A DNA stretch of 64,000 nucleotides from the human T2T-CHM13v2.0 reference genome, Homo sapiens. The translations under genes were made by a program, and so were the position numbers. Each line of letters starts with the position of its first letter. The stretch's first letter is position 1. Of this stretch, positions 1-19,092 are shown piece by piece. The DNA is taken from NCBI RefSeq assembly GCF_009914755.1, contig NC_060928.1. One strand, given 5' to 3'. The notes under the pieces were generated by a model. It was not told where the DNA came from. It ran no database searches and was given only the letters and a program-made list of their open reading frames with translations.

Positions 1-2610
1 AGAGACTAGGATTGCAATCCCTGCTTCTTTTTACTTTCCATTTGCTTGGTAAATCTTCCTCCATCCCTTTATTTTGAGCCTATGTGTCTTTGCACTGAGA
101 CAGGTCTCTTGAATACAGCATACCAATGGGTCTTGACTCTTTATCCAATTTGCCAGTCTGTGTCTTTTAATTGGGGCATTTAGCCCATTTACATTTAAGG
201 TTAATATTGTTATGTGTGAATTTGATCCTGTCACATGATGTTAGGTGGTTATTTTGCATATTAGTTGATGTAATTTCTTCATAGTATAATTTGTCTTTAT
301 ATTTTGGTGTGTTTTTGCAGTGGCTGGTACCAGTTTTTCCTTTCCATATTTAGTGCTTCTTTCAGGAGCTCTTGCAAGGCAGTAGTGATAAAGTCCCTCA
401 GCATTTGCTTGTCTGGAGAGAATTTTATTTCTCCTTCATTTATGAAGCTTAGTTTGGCTGGATATGAAATTCTGGGTTGAAAATTCTTTCCTTTAAGAAT
501 GTTGAATATTGGTCTTCCCTCTTTTCCCGGCTTGTAGGGTTTCTTCTGAGAGCTCCATTGTTATTCTGATGGGCTTCCCTTTGTAGGTGTCCGGTCTTTC
601 TCTCTGGCTGCCATTAACATTTTCCCCATCATTTCAACCTTGGAGAATCTGATGATTATGTGTCTTGGGGTTGATTTTCTCATGGAGTATCTTAGTTGTG
701 TTCTCTGCATTTCCTGAATTTGAATTTTGACCTGTCTTGCTAGACTGGGGAAGTACTCCTGGTTAATATTCTGATGTGTCTTTTCCAACTTGGCTCTATT
801 CTCCCCACCTCTTTCAGGCACTCCAGTAAATCATAGGTTTGGTCTTTTTGCATGGTCCCGTATTTCTCATAGGTTTTTGTTTGTTTCCTTCTCATTCTTT
901 TATCTCTAATCTTGTCTGCCTGCCTTATTTCAGCAAGATGGTCTTCAATTTCTTTATTTTTTCTTCTGCATGATTGATTCGACTATTGATACTTGTGTAT
1001 GCTTCATGAAGTTCTCATGTCATGTGTTTCAGCTCCATCAGGTCATTTATGTTCCTGACTAAACTGGCTCTTCTAGTTAGCAGCTCCTGCAACCTTTTAT
1101 CAAGGTTCTTAAGTTGTTTGTGCTGGATTAGAACACACAACTTTACCTCAGTGGAATTTATTATAACCTACCTTCTGAAGCCTACTTCTGTCAATTTGCC
1201 CATCTCATCCTCCATCCAGTTCATCCAACTCTGCACCCTTGCTGGAGAGGTGTCGCAACCATTTGGAGGAGAAAAGGCACTCTGGCCTTCTGTGTTTTCA
1301 GTTTCAGGTTTCTGTGGGGACTTTTTTTGTTGATGCTGTTGTTGCTTTCTGTTCGTTTTTCTTTCAATAGACAGGTCCCTCTCCTATAGGGCTGCTGCAG
1401 TCTTCTGGGCGTTAACTTCAGGCTCTATTAATCTGGTTCACCCATGTGCCTGGAGATGTCACTTGAGGAGGCTGAAGAACATCAAAGATGGGTGCCTGCT
1501 CCTTACTCTGAGATCTCTGACCTTGAGGGACACCTACCTGATGCCAGTAGGGTCACTCCTGTATAGGGTGTCTGACAACCTCTGTTGGAGGGTTTCTCCC
1601 AGTTTGGTGGCACAGGGAACAGGACCCATTTAACAAAGCACTTTGGCTGTCCCTTGGTGGAAGGGGTAAGCTGTGCTGGGGGAAACCCACTCAACTGATC
1701 TGCCTAAATTCCTCAGATCTACTAAGAAAGACTAAGTCTGCTGGTCAGCAGAGACTATGGCCACCCCTTTCCCTAGGGGCTCAGGCCCAGGAAGATCAGA
1801 GTTCTGCCCCTGAACCCTTGGCTGGAGTTGTTGGAGTTCTTGCAGGGAGGCCCCATTCAGTGAGGAGCAATGGATTAGGGTCCAGCCTGAAGAGGCACTC
1901 TGGCCACAGTATCCCACAGCCAGTGTGTTGTCCTGTGGGGAATACCTCTTAGGAGCAAGCCATCCAGCCTCCCTGACTCCAGCAGAGGAAAGGCGTAGAC
2001 TCGAGCTATAGAGATGGCTGCCGCATTACCCATCCCCACACCCCCACCGACTACTCCCTGGGAGCTTAGTGTGTTAGGCATCTAGCAGCCCCAGTGTTGG
2101 CTGTCACCCCTGCCCCAAGGAGCTCAGATAGCTTAGAGAGCAGGCAGCTGCAGCTGTGATGATGACCGCCTTCCTCCCCTCTGCTCCTCTGCTCCTCCCC
2201 AAACTTGGCAGGCTTAGGCAGATTCTAGCCAAATAGCTGTTGAGAATCTGCATGGCTCTCTGATTGGGACCCTACGCCCCACTGGCATGGGCTCATGAGT
2301 GGAATTTTCTGATCTGTGGTTTGCACATTTCCATGGGAAAAGTGTGGTTTTCCAGGCCAGGTAGCATGCACACTCACCACTTCCCTTGACTGGGGAGTGG
2401 GGGCTCTGCTGCCCCATGTGACTCTTAAGTGGGCCACCCCACCAGACTACTCTTCCTTCCTCTCAGTGGGTCACGCCAGCCACTTAGTCAGTTATGAAGA
2501 CAGAACCCAGTTACTTGGTTGCTGGTGCAGGATTTGCACACTGTTTTGGTTCTTTTCAATGGGAGCCTTTGATTGCCACTGCTTCTAGTCAGCCATCTTG
2601 GTCCCACCCT
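1..2610 (-). mobile_element. LINE-1, older primate L1PA (approx. L1PA8A-L1PA12): 5'UTR, decayed ORF1, start of ORF2; continues beyond the left edge
   Basis: Minus-strand 5' end reads CCAAGATGGCTGACTAGAAGCAG (~2580-2605). ORF1 remnant 561-821 (IQIQEMQRT..TPRHIIIRFSKVEM). ORF2 endonuclease start MTGSNSHITILTLNVNGLNAPIKRHRL at 234. Confidence 0.93.
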
Positions 2611-2715
2611 GACTAAGTTATTTCATGTAGCATGATGCCCTCAAGTTTCATCCATGTTGTATGATGTGTAAGAGTTTCCTTACTTTTTAAGGATAAATAA
2701 TATTCCATTGCACAT

Positions 2716-3164
2716 TGTTATGGTTAATATTGTGAGTCAACTTGATTGAATTGAAGAATGCAAAGTATTGTTCCTATGTGTGTCTGTGAGGGTGTTGCCA
2801 AAGGAGATTAACATTTGAGTCAGTTGACTGGGAAAGGCAGACTCGTCCTCAATCTGGGTGGGCACAATTTAATCGGCTGCCAGCATGGCCAGAATAAAAG
2901 CAGGCAAAAGAATGTGGAAAGGCTTGACTCATTTAGTATTGTGTGTTACATCTTTCTCCCATGCTGGATGCTCCTGCCTTGAACAGCAGACTCCAAGTTT
3001 TTCAGCTTTGGAACTCAGACTGGCTTTCTTGCTCCTCAGCTTGCAGGCAGCCTATTGTGAGACCTCACATTGTGATCATGTGAGTCAATACTCCTTAATA
3101 AACTCCCCTTACATACATATCTATCCTATTAGTTCTGTCCTTCTAGAGGACCCTGACTAACACA
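2716..3164 (+). mobile_element. MLT2A solo LTR (ERVL)
   Basis: Starts TGTTATGGTTAATATTGTGAGTCAACTTGATTG and ends CCTATTAGTTCTGTCCTTCTAGAGGACCCTGACTAACACA. CACAT occurs at both junctions (right end ambiguous by 2 bp). Confidence 0.88.
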
Positions 3165-3794
3165 CATGTGTACACCATGTTTTGTTTACCATTCATCTTT
3201 CTTGAAAATTTGATGCTTCTACCTTTTGACTATTGTAAACTATGGCATTGTGAACTTGAGCATGCAAATAACTCTTCAAGCCTTTTCAAAAATAGTGTAG
3301 TGGTTTCTGAAAAAAAATTAAAAATATAATTGCTATTATGGCCTAGCTATTCTTCTTCTGAATATATATCCCACTGAGGTATATATAGTTACTGCACTAT
3401 TTTTTATTGCCACCAATAGCACACAAGGGTTCCACTTTCTCCACGTCCTCACCAATACTTAGTTTCTTTTTTTCTTATTGTTGCAATCCTGATTGGTGTG
3501 AAGTGATAACTCATTGTGGTCTTGATTTGCATTTGCCAAAGGATTGGTTATATTGAGAATATACTAATGTGCTTGTTGACCATTTGTATGTCTTCTTTAA
3601 AGAAACATCTATTCAAATTTATTGCTTATTTTAATTGGGTTGTTTTGTTATTGTTATTGAATTTTAGGTGTTCTTTATATATTCTGAATAATAATCTGTT
3701 ATCAGATATCTGACTTGCAAATATTTTCTCCCATTCAGTAAGTTGTTCTTTCACTTGGCTAATTTTGTCCTTCGATGCACAAAAGTTATAAATT

Positions 3795-5460
<1,666 letters not shown>

Positions 5461-6859
5461 TCAATATAGTTCAATTTATCTAATTTTACTTCCATTTTGT
5501 GTACTTTGGTGTCATATTTAAGAACTCATTGCCAAATACAATGTCATGAAGCTTTTTAGTCACGCTTTCTTCTAGTAGTTTTGTGATGTTAAGTCTTATA
5601 TTTAGGTCTTTGATTCATTTTGAGTTAATTTTTGTACATGGTAAGGTAAGGGCCCACCTCATGTAGATATCTAGTTTTCCCAATATTATTTGCTTAAAAG
5701 AGTATTCTTTTTCCTATTGAATGGTCTTGGCACCTCTGTAGAAAACATTTGATCATATAAACGAGGATTCAATTCTGGGATGTCTATACTTTGTCTATAT
5801 GCCTGCCTTTATTCCAATACCACATTGCTTTTATTACTTTAGCTTTGTAACAAGTTTTGAAATTAGGAAGTATGAGACTTCACACTTTGTTATTTGTTAA
5901 TATTGTTTTGGTTATTTAGGGTACCTTGACATTTTATAAATTTTAGGATCTACTTTTCTATTCCTGAATAGAAACAAGATTTCAATTTTGATAACGATTG
6001 CATTATATCTGTATATTTCTTTGAGTAGCATTGTCATCCTAACAATATTAAGCCTTCCAATCAATGAACATGGAATATCTTTTCATTTCTTGTGTGTCTT
6101 AATGTCTTTCAGCAACATTTTGTACTTTTCTGTGTACAAATCTTTCATTGCCTTGGTTCAACTTATTCCTTAGTATTTTATGTTACTTTATTTTTTGATA
6201 TGAGACCAGGTAGGTCTTATAGTATGAAGTCTACCCTAGAATCATCTATGTTGATAAAAGGGTCTGGTTGGAAATTCTGAGTCTACTCTGTTCATCAGAG
6301 GTCTTGAAATTTTAATCAACCTGGTCTTGTGGTATCATGCTCATATCAGAATCACCCATATGGATAAATGAGTAGTTCTGGGGATTCCCAGGCACACTTC
6401 TGTTCATCTGAGCTCAAGAAGCTGCATTGGTAGTTCTCTCATTAATCCTCTGGAGTGCCAATTTTTGAGCCTGCTGGTGTATCTCTCCCTGGAAATTCAC
6501 TTCATCAGTATGTAATCATTAAGAACTTTTAATTGCAGAAATAGCTCAGAACCACAATTTTCCTTAGAAGCAGTCTACTTGAGAAATGCAACGTTTTTGA
6601 CTTGAATGAAATGGGGTTTACATAATTTTCACAATTGTGAACATTACTAATTCTATAGGCAATGGGATGAAACTAAGTGCTGGAATCTAACAAGTCTGGG
6701 TTCAAAACCATCAAGTGGCACTCAGATCATTTATTCATTTATTTTTTAAAAAGTTAACCAGAAAATACACAGCTCATTACATTGTTTCAAATACCAAATG
6801 GCACAATATATATAAAGTGTCTTTGGTGGGTAGGCTTTCTGGGAATTACCAAGATTCCA

Positions 6860-7402
6860 TTTGCTAATCACGAGCACCTATGAAGGTGATAAGTATTTTA
6901 TGTTCTATGGCACAGACGACTTTTAAAAAGGATAAATTATTCAAATGAGCCTTAGTTAATCACATGAACTCTTAAACAGAGAACTTTCTTTGGATGATGA
7001 CAGAACAGCACAGCAGAAGAGGCAGTCAGATTTGAAGCATAAGAAGAATTCAACACCCTGTTACAGCTTTGGACTTGGAGGAGGACACAAATTAAAAAAA
7101 AAAAAATGCAGAAGGCCTCTAGCAGCAGAAAATGATTCCTAGCTGACAGACAGCAAGGCAAAAGGAACTTTAGATCTAAAACTGCAAGGAACTTTATTCT
7201 GCTGATATCCGAATAAGCTTAGAAGCAGATTCTTCCTGCAGCCTACGTATTAGTAACCAGTCGATTCACCACTTTTCTTTCAGCTGTGAGATATCCTAAG
7301 AAAACTCCCAGTCATCCCAGACGGATTTTTGACCTAATGTGTGTTGGTTTTAGGCCACTAAGTTTGTGATAGCTTGTTATACAGCAATAGAAAACTAATA
7401 TA
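6860..7402 (+). mobile_element. MLT1 (MLT1E-like) MaLR solo LTR
   Basis: MaLR 3' end TTTTAGGCCACTAAGTTTGTGATAGCTTGTTATACAGCAATAGAAAACTAATATA. The 5' boundary is approximate. Confidence 0.75.
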
Positions 7403-8792
7403 GGGCCCCAAACAACATTTGCACGTTGAAAGTGTTCAATAAGTGTTAACTCTCTTTCATTCTTTATGCAAATGATAACATGTTTGTTTCTCACACAGAC
7501 TAGTTTCACTTATATTTGCCTAAATGAACAAAATTCTTCCCATGCAAGGCATAACTGAAATCCATTTTTCTGAAGAAGCATTATGTGGTCACTCCAGGGA
7601 AAAGTATATATATTTCTTTTTGAATTATCATAACAGTTTTGTTTGTATCTTTTCACCACATGAACTGTATTTTGATGTTTATTATAATTGTGAGTGGATA
7701 TCTTACCTCCAGAACTAGACTACACATCCTTTAAGGGCATGACTAGACTTTATTCATCTTTATTTCTGATTTATCCAGTTGGTACCACAACTTGTACACA
7801 TTTGTATCACTTCAAATATTTATTGAGCAAATATATATTTACTGATTCATTATTTAAGATAGTCTATAATCAAATATGTTTAATTAATCAGAAGATGTCT
7901 TACAGATTAAAATAGAATTTTCAGTGGAGTAGTTGATAAACACTTATGTAATAAATATCTGCTCACATATACCCAGTAAAAACTGTACATAAAATAATCA
8001 TTGCTAATTATTGTATTTTGAGTCCAGCATTTCATTTGTAGCTGTTCAATTGTCTGATTTATTTCCTGTTTTGCAAGCGAACTGATTTTCTCGCTGCTCC
8101 AAGGTAACAGGTGTCCCATAAATGTTGAACAAGAGAAAAAGCTTTGGGAAAGTATCTGAAACATGAAGATTAAAGCTTTGATGTGAAGAATTATCTACCC
8201 TTTGAAGAGGGCCAAAAGTCATCAATAATCATTATAGTATCTTACAGGGGGAATGTAATTTAAAAACATTTGTCAAATACTCTTTAAAAAATACTACCTT
8301 AAAATTTGAAAGTTGAAAGAGTTCAGAATCTAAATGTTTTCCAATGCTTTATCTTGTCATTACTTCTCAGTAGCTTTCAGAAAGGTCATTAACTTATATG
8401 TAAGAAACTCAGAGTTTACATTTTTTTCTTTGATAGCTCTAAAACCTGAAAATAAATATGCAGGGATAAAGTTATATTAGTTCTGTTTATATAAATTAGT
8501 GTTTAAAGTCAGATTTCTGGGTTAAATATAATGATAAGAAACAGCAAATTCAGGATATTAAATAAATAATCAGAATTCCTGCTTAACACAAAATGAAATT
8601 ATGTATTTAGAAAGGTCAAAATGCACTTTCAGAGGGAATTCACTATATATTTTAAATAAACTAATAAGAGATTTTACAGTTATATATTTATTTTGTTATT
8701 AAAATGAACCATTTATGTCTATAAATGACATTTTTAAACTTTAGATATTATTTTACCAAAAAAAATGTAGAATAATTCTCACTCTTCGGTGC

Positions 8793-9129
<337 letters not shown>

Positions 9130-9963
9130 TAAAAGTTTTGTATTTTTGGAAGGCTAAACATCAATTTTAAACCAATTGGTTTATAATGGTTGACAATAAA
9201 AAATATGGCTTAGTGTCATTTGGGATCATTTTAGCTGTGGTAATTCTTTCAATAATAGCATTCCTTAAAATAAAAATAAAAGATATACATGCATATATGT
9301 ATATTTGTATTTTTAGTTTTGTCTTAATTAAAGTACAGTCATATAAGGAAAAGAAGAAGACAGGTAAAACCTATAACACTGTAACCAAAATAATATTGGG
9401 GATTTTAACAGCCAAGGATGTTGCTGAGTTGAAGAAACAAAAAGAAAAAAAGAACCTGTGTTAAACAATATACTTAATGATTAAACAAAACACATAAGAT
9501 TGAAGATAAGGTTCAGCTAAAAGACTGAAAAAGAAAAATTTGTTTTATCTGAATATCTTGTAGCGATTTCTGCAAATGTAAACTACTTCTTAGAATAGTG
9601 AACATTAGTATGACTGCATGTTTAGGAGGAAAAGAGGAAACAAAAGATAGGTGCAATGTCTCAGAGGAGGCATTGTGTGTAAATGAAAATACATTTGTGT
9701 AAAGTAGATGATTGGTGCAAGTAGTCTTTTTGAAAATTAATGAAAGAAATAGTAATAATAGTAACTAAATAAAACAAAAGTCTTCTTTAGTTTGTCTCTT
9801 TAGAATTTCCAAAAGGTTTAGTAATTAAGATGACATTCAGAGGTCACAATTTATTGTTAGTACTATGATGATCAAAATTGTCCACATCCATATATGTATA
9901 GAACTTTAAAGTCTACAAAAATATGTGTATGAATATATGTATTTATAAATTATAATAAATGTA

Positions 9964-10376
9964 CAGTAATTCCTCTCTTAACTTTGTCAATAGGTTCTTG
10001 GAAACTGAGACGTTAAGAGAAGTGACATAAATTTTTTTTTTAAATCAAGGTTGTAAGAAAACTATATTCCCCATCTCTACTAAAAATACAAAATTATCTG
10101 GGCATGGTGGTGCATGCCTGTAATCCCAGCTACTCAGGAGGCTGAGGCAGGAGAATCACTTGAATGCAGGAGGTGGAGGTTGCAGGGAGCCCAGATTGCA
10201 TCATTGCACTCCAGCCTGGGTAGCAAGAGCAAAACTCTGTATCAAAAAAAAACAAAGAAAGAAAGAAAGGAAGAAAACTACATTGAAGGACACTACTTTA
10301 TTCAAATACCCACTGTCCATCATTTCCCTTAAAGTTGCAGTTTCCAAGAACTTGTTGATGATGTTAAGTAAATGTT
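9964..10376. mobile_element. MER82-like TcMar-Tigger non-autonomous DNA transposon, interrupted by an Alu
   Basis: Left TIR CAGTAATTCCTCTCTTAACTTTGTCAATAGGTTCTTGGAAACTG after TA. Inverted copy CAGTTTCCAAGAACTTGTTGATGATGTTAAG at ~10338-10368. Confidence 0.75.
10069..10270 (+). mobile_element. 5'-truncated Alu (middle A-linker, right arm, tail)
   Basis: Begins CCCCATCTCTACTAAAAATACAAA. TSD AAGAAAACTA(T/C)ATT at 10055-10068 and 10271-10284. Confidence 0.93.
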
Positions 10377-10489
10377 TAGTGTTTATAAATATAGATCTAC
10401 ATTATTTCACAACATTTGGATTATTACCCTGACATTACAAATAAGGAAACTTAGGTTCAGAGAGTCAAAGTGGTTTGACTAACAATATA

Positions 10490-10925
10490 TGTCTTAGTCT
10501 GTTTGGACTGCTTTAACATAAATATCATAGACTGGAAGCTTATACACAATAGAAATTTATTTCTTACAGTTCTGGGAGCTGGGAAGTGTAAGATGAAGAG
10601 TTTGTCAGATTCAATGTCTGGTGACCACATGCTTCATAGGCAGCCATTTTTTGCTGTGGTCCTCACATGGTGGAAGGGATGAGGCAGCTCTCTGGGGACA
10701 CTTTTACAAATGCACTGTCTCAGTGAGCCAGAACTACATTCCTTTGGGAGGTTCTAGGTAAAAATCTGTTGTTTTACCTTTTCTAGCTTCTAGGGGGCCA
10801 CTTCATTCTTGGCTCATGACCTCTTTCTCTATGTTGAAAGCACATCACTTCAACTTCTACTTCTTTCTGACTGTATCTCTCCTGCTTCCTTCAATCTAAG
10901 AACCCATGTGATTACACTGAGCTCA
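10490..10925 (-). mobile_element. MaLR LTR fragments (MLT1A/MST-like, then MLT1C-like)
   Basis: TGTCTTAGTCTGTTTGGACTGC...AGAAATTTATTTCTTACAGTTCTGG is the reverse complement of a MaLR 3' end. The second part resembles MLT1C. Confidence 0.65.
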
Positions 10926-10929
10926 AGGA

Positions 10930-12914
10930 TCAGCCTACCTGAGGTTCACTGCTGCCACCAATAATGCCCATGTACCCAGCCCACAGGCCCAAGGACTGTC
11001 TTGCTTGCTGTTGGCTCACAGCATATCTGGGGCCCACCACCACCACCACCACTGGTATCTAAGTATGCTGCCCAAGGGTGCAAGGACTGGCCAGCCCAGG
11101 GCCTGCCACAGCAACCACTGGCACTCAATGTCACCACTCCCGCCTCCAGTGGCAAGGCTGCCAAATGTCTTTACACATTGCCAAGTGCACTAGGACCAGC
11201 CTGTCTAGTGTCTCCTTTCCCAGTAAAGTCACTCCATAGCCTTCACAAACAAACATAGACTAGCCCATTGAGGAACTAGCAAATATTGCTAACATTGATT
11301 ATAGCTGAAAAAATTTTACAGTGACTACAGTAATCCACCCACCTAGAACCAAAGCCTAAACACCCTACTCAACTAACACTATATATATATCTGTAGGAAA
11401 AAGTATTACCCTACAAAATCTACTCCACAAAATTGGAAGAAGTGACTGTTACACCAGATGCACAGATAACAATTCAGGGACACAAAAAAACATAAGAAAG
11501 CAAGGCAACATGACACCTACAAAGGAATAAAATAATTCTCCAGAAATAGACCCCAAAGAACAAGTAAACAATATGTAATTCCTGAAAAAGAATTCAAAGT
11601 AATGATCTTAAAGAAACTCAGTGAGATACCAGAGAACACAGATAGACAACACAAAGAAAACAGAATAAACAATTCAGCAAAGAAATAGAATAATAATAAA
11701 ACTGAACACAAATTCTTAAACTGGAAAATTTAATAAACAAAATGAAAATACAGTTGAGAAATTCAATAAGATATTATATCAAGAAAATAAATAATTTTTG
11801 ACCTTGAAGACAGGACTTTTGAAATAGCCCAGTCAGACAAAAAAAAAATAACAACAAAAAAAAAGAAGAAAAAATAATTTTAAAAAACCCCTTGACGTAT
11901 GGGACATCATTTAAAGAAATATTAACATTTTGAGATGTCAGAAGAAGAGACAGAGAAAGGCATAGGGAGCCTATTTGATGAAATAGTAGCTGAAAACTTC
12001 TCAAGTCTTGGGAAAGAAATAGATATCTAGATAGAGGAAGCTCAAAACTTCCCAAATACATTCAACTCAAAAAGGTCCTCTCTGAGGCACATTTTAGTCA
12101 AACTGTCAAAAGGCAAAGACAGAGAATTGACAAAGAGAGAATTCTAAAATCAGCCAGAGAAAAGCGTCAAGTCACATATATGAAAATCCCCATCAGACTA
12201 CCAAGAGATTTCTCAGCAGAAACTGTTCAGTTCAGGAGAGAATGGGATGATACGTTCAAAGTATTCAAAGTGTTATATATATATAAAAAAAAACTACTAG
12301 ACAAAAATACTATACACAGCAAAGCTATTCTTCAGAGATGAAGAAGAAATAAAGTCTTCTTCAGACAAACAAATATTGAGGGAATTCATCACACCTAGAC
12401 CAGTCCTACAAGAACTAAGGGAATCCAAATCTGGAAGTGAAAGGACAATATCTACCTTTATGAAAACACACAAAGTGGAAAACACAAAGAAGTGTAAAAC
12501 ATACTAATGGTACAGATATATAAATGAAAAAGAGAAGGGAAAACTACCATATGATCTAGCAGTACTGAGTATTTATTCAAAGGAAAGAAAACCAGTTCAC
12601 TGAAGAGATATATGCACCCCCATGCCTATTGAACCACTATTTACAGTAGCCAAAATATAAAATCAACCTATTTTTTAATCAACAGATAAATGAGTAAAGA
12701 AGATGTGGCATGCATACACAATGGCATACTATTTAGCCATACGAAATAATGGAATCCTATCATTTGTGGCAACATGGCTGAACCCAGAGGACATTATGTT
12801 AAGTGAAATAAATCAAGCACAAAAAGATTTATGCTGCATGTTTTCATTCTCACTTTTTACGCAGGAGCTAAAAAAATGAGCTTACAGAAGTGGAGAATAG
12901 CATTACAGTTGTTA
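10930..12914 (+). mobile_element. L1MA-type element: end of 5'UTR and decayed ORF1, joined directly to ORF2-end/3'UTR sequence
   Basis: ORF1-like sequence at ~11510-12450. Abrupt switch at ~12541 to ACTACCATATGATCTAGCAG; continues at 19093 after the L1PA insertion. Confidence 0.75.
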
Positions 12915-15053
<2,139 letters not shown>

Positions 15054-15116
15054 TATGATGTTATCTGGTTATTTTGCTCATTAGTTGATGCAGTTTCTTC
15101 CTAGCCTCGATGGTCT

Positions 15117-16133
15117 TTACAATTTGGCATGTGTTTATAGTGGCTGGTACCGGTTCTTCCTTTCCATGTTTAGTGCTTCCTTCAGGAGCTCTTTTAGGGC
15201 AGGCCTGGTGGTGACAAAATCTCTCAGCATTTGCTTGTCTGTAAAGTATTTTATTTCTCCTTCACTTATGAAGCTTAGTTTGGCTGGATATGAGATTCTG
15301 GGTTGAAAATTCTTTTCTTTAAGAATGTTGAATATTGGCCCCTACTCTCTTCTGGCTTGTAGACTTTCTGCTGAGAGATCTGCTGTTAGTCTGATGGGCT
15401 TCCCTTTGTGGGTGACCCGACCTTTCTCTCTGGCTGCCCTTAACATTTTTTCCTCCATTTCAACTTTGGTGAATCTGACAATTATGTGTCTTGGAGTTGC
15501 TCTCCTCGAGGAGTATCTCTGTGGTGTTCTCTGTATTTCCTGAATTTGAATGTTGGCCTGCCTTGCTAGATTGGGGAAGTTCTCCTGGATAATATACTGC
15601 AGAGTGTTTTCCAACTTGGTTCCATTCTCCCTGTCAATTTCAGGTACACCAATCAGACGTAGGCTTGGTCTTTTCACATAGTCCCATATTTCTTGGAGGC
15701 TTTGTTTGTTTCTTTTTATTCTTTTTTCTCTAAACTTCCCTTCTCACTTCATTTCATTTATTTCATGTTCTATCACTGATACCCTTTCTTCCAGTTGATT
15801 GCATTGGCTACTGAGGCTTCTGCATTTGTTGCATAGCTCTTTTGCCTTGGTTTTCAGCTCCATCAGGCCCTTTAAGGACTTCTTTGCATTGGTTATTCTA
15901 GTTATCCATTTGTCTACTTTTTTTTCAAAGCTTTTAACTTCTTTGTCATTGGTTCGAATTTCCTCCTGTAGCTCAGAGTAGATTGATCATCTGAAGGCTT
16001 CTTCTCTCAAATCGTCAAAGTCATTCTCCATCCAGCTTTGTTCCATTGCTGGTGAGGAGTGGCATTCATTTGGAGGAGGAGAGGCGCTCTGATTGTTAGA
16101 GTTTCCAGTTTTTCTGCTCTGTTTTTTTCCCAT
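15117..16133 (-). pseudogene. L1 ORF1p, full span but with premature stop(s)
   Basis: ATG at 16133 and canonical TAA at 15117. Track ORF 15342-15677 (RLIGVPE..IIQENFPNLARQANIQIQEIQRTPQRY) ends early at LQARRE*. Confidence 0.9.
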
Positions 16134-17165
16134 CATTGTGGTTTTATCTATCTTTGGTCTTTGATGATGGTAATGTAAAGATGGGTTTTTGGTGTGGATG
16201 TCCTTTCTGTTTGTTAGTTTTCCTTCTAGCAGACAGGACCCTCAGCTTCAGGTCTGTTGGAGTTTGCTAGAGGTCCACTCCAGACCCTGTTTACCTAGGT
16301 ATCAGCAGCAGTGGCTGCAGAACATTGGATATTGGTGAACCGCAAATGCTGCTGCCTGATCATTCCTCTGGAAGTTTTGTCTCAGAGGAGTACCTGGCCG
16401 TATGAGGTGTCTGTCCACCCCTACTGGGGGGTACCTCCCAGTTAGGCTACTCTGAGGTCAGGGACCCACTTGAGGCGGCAGTCTGCCCATTCTCAGATCT
16501 CAAGCTGCGTGCTGGGAGAACCACTTCTCTCTTCAAAGCTGTCAGGGAGGGATATTTAAGTCTGCAGAGGTTACTGCTGTCTTTTTGTTTGCCTGTGCCC
16601 TGCCCCCAGAGGTGGAGCCTAAAGAGGCAGGCAGGCCTCCTTGAGCTGTGGTGGGATCCACCCAGTTCTAGCTTCCAGGCCGCTTTGTTTACCTAATCAA
16701 ACAACTAACTCCGCAATGGCGGATGCCCCTCCCCCAGCCTTGCTGCCACCTTGCAGTTTGATCTTGGACGGCTGTGCTAGCAATGAGAAAGACTCCGTGT
16801 GTTTAGGACCCTCCGAGCCATGTGCGGGATATAATCTCCTGGTGTACCGTTTTTTAAGCCCATTGGAAAAGTGCAGTATTAGGGTGGGAGTGACCCGATC
16901 TTCCAGGTGCCATCTGTCACCACTTTCTTTGACTAGGAAAGGGAATTCCCTGACCCCTTGCACTTCCCAGGTGAGGCGATGCCTCGCCCTGCTTCAACTC
17001 ATGCACGGTGCACTGCACCCACTGTCCTGCAAGTACTGTCTGGCACTCCCCAGTGAGATGAACCTGGTACCTCAGTTGGAAATGCAGAAATCACCCATCT
17101 TCTGCATCGCTCATGCTGGGAGATACAGACCGGAGCTGTTCCTATTCGGCCATCTTGGCTCCTCA
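16134..17165. promoter_or_regulatory. L1 5'UTR with sense (minus) and antisense (plus) promoters; YY1 site; retains the ~129-bp ZNF93-target segment
   Basis: YY1 motif AAGATGGCC near 17148-17156 (minus). ASP splice donor CCCAG|GTGAGG at 16970/16971. Segment ~16262-16390 (GAGTTTGCTAGAGG...CAGCAGCAGTGGCTGCAG...GAGGAGTACC), absent from L1PA2/L1HS, is present. Activity is not shown. Confidence 0.7.

Positions 17166-17186
<21 letters not shown>
16716..17186 (+). CDS. Putative extended L1 ORF0 (156 aa); open frame, expression unknown
   Basis: GCAATGG Kozak context. MADAPPPALLPPCSLILDGCASNEKDSVCLGPSEP matches the primate ORF0 N-terminus. The frame runs across the inversion junction to TAA at 17184-17186. 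Confidence 0.4.
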
Positions 17187-19076
<1,890 letters not shown>

Positions 19077-19092
19077 AGAATTACAGTTATTA

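Noticed and set aside
9186-9464. 92-aa ORF with a hydrophobic N-terminus resembling a membrane peptide
   Set aside because: The Ile/Lys/Phe-rich composition is what AT-rich DNA yields by chance; no homology or gene structure recognised.
11001-11258. Poly-Pro / poly-His ORFs
   Set aside because: Translations of a (CAC)n run within an L1MA 5' region.
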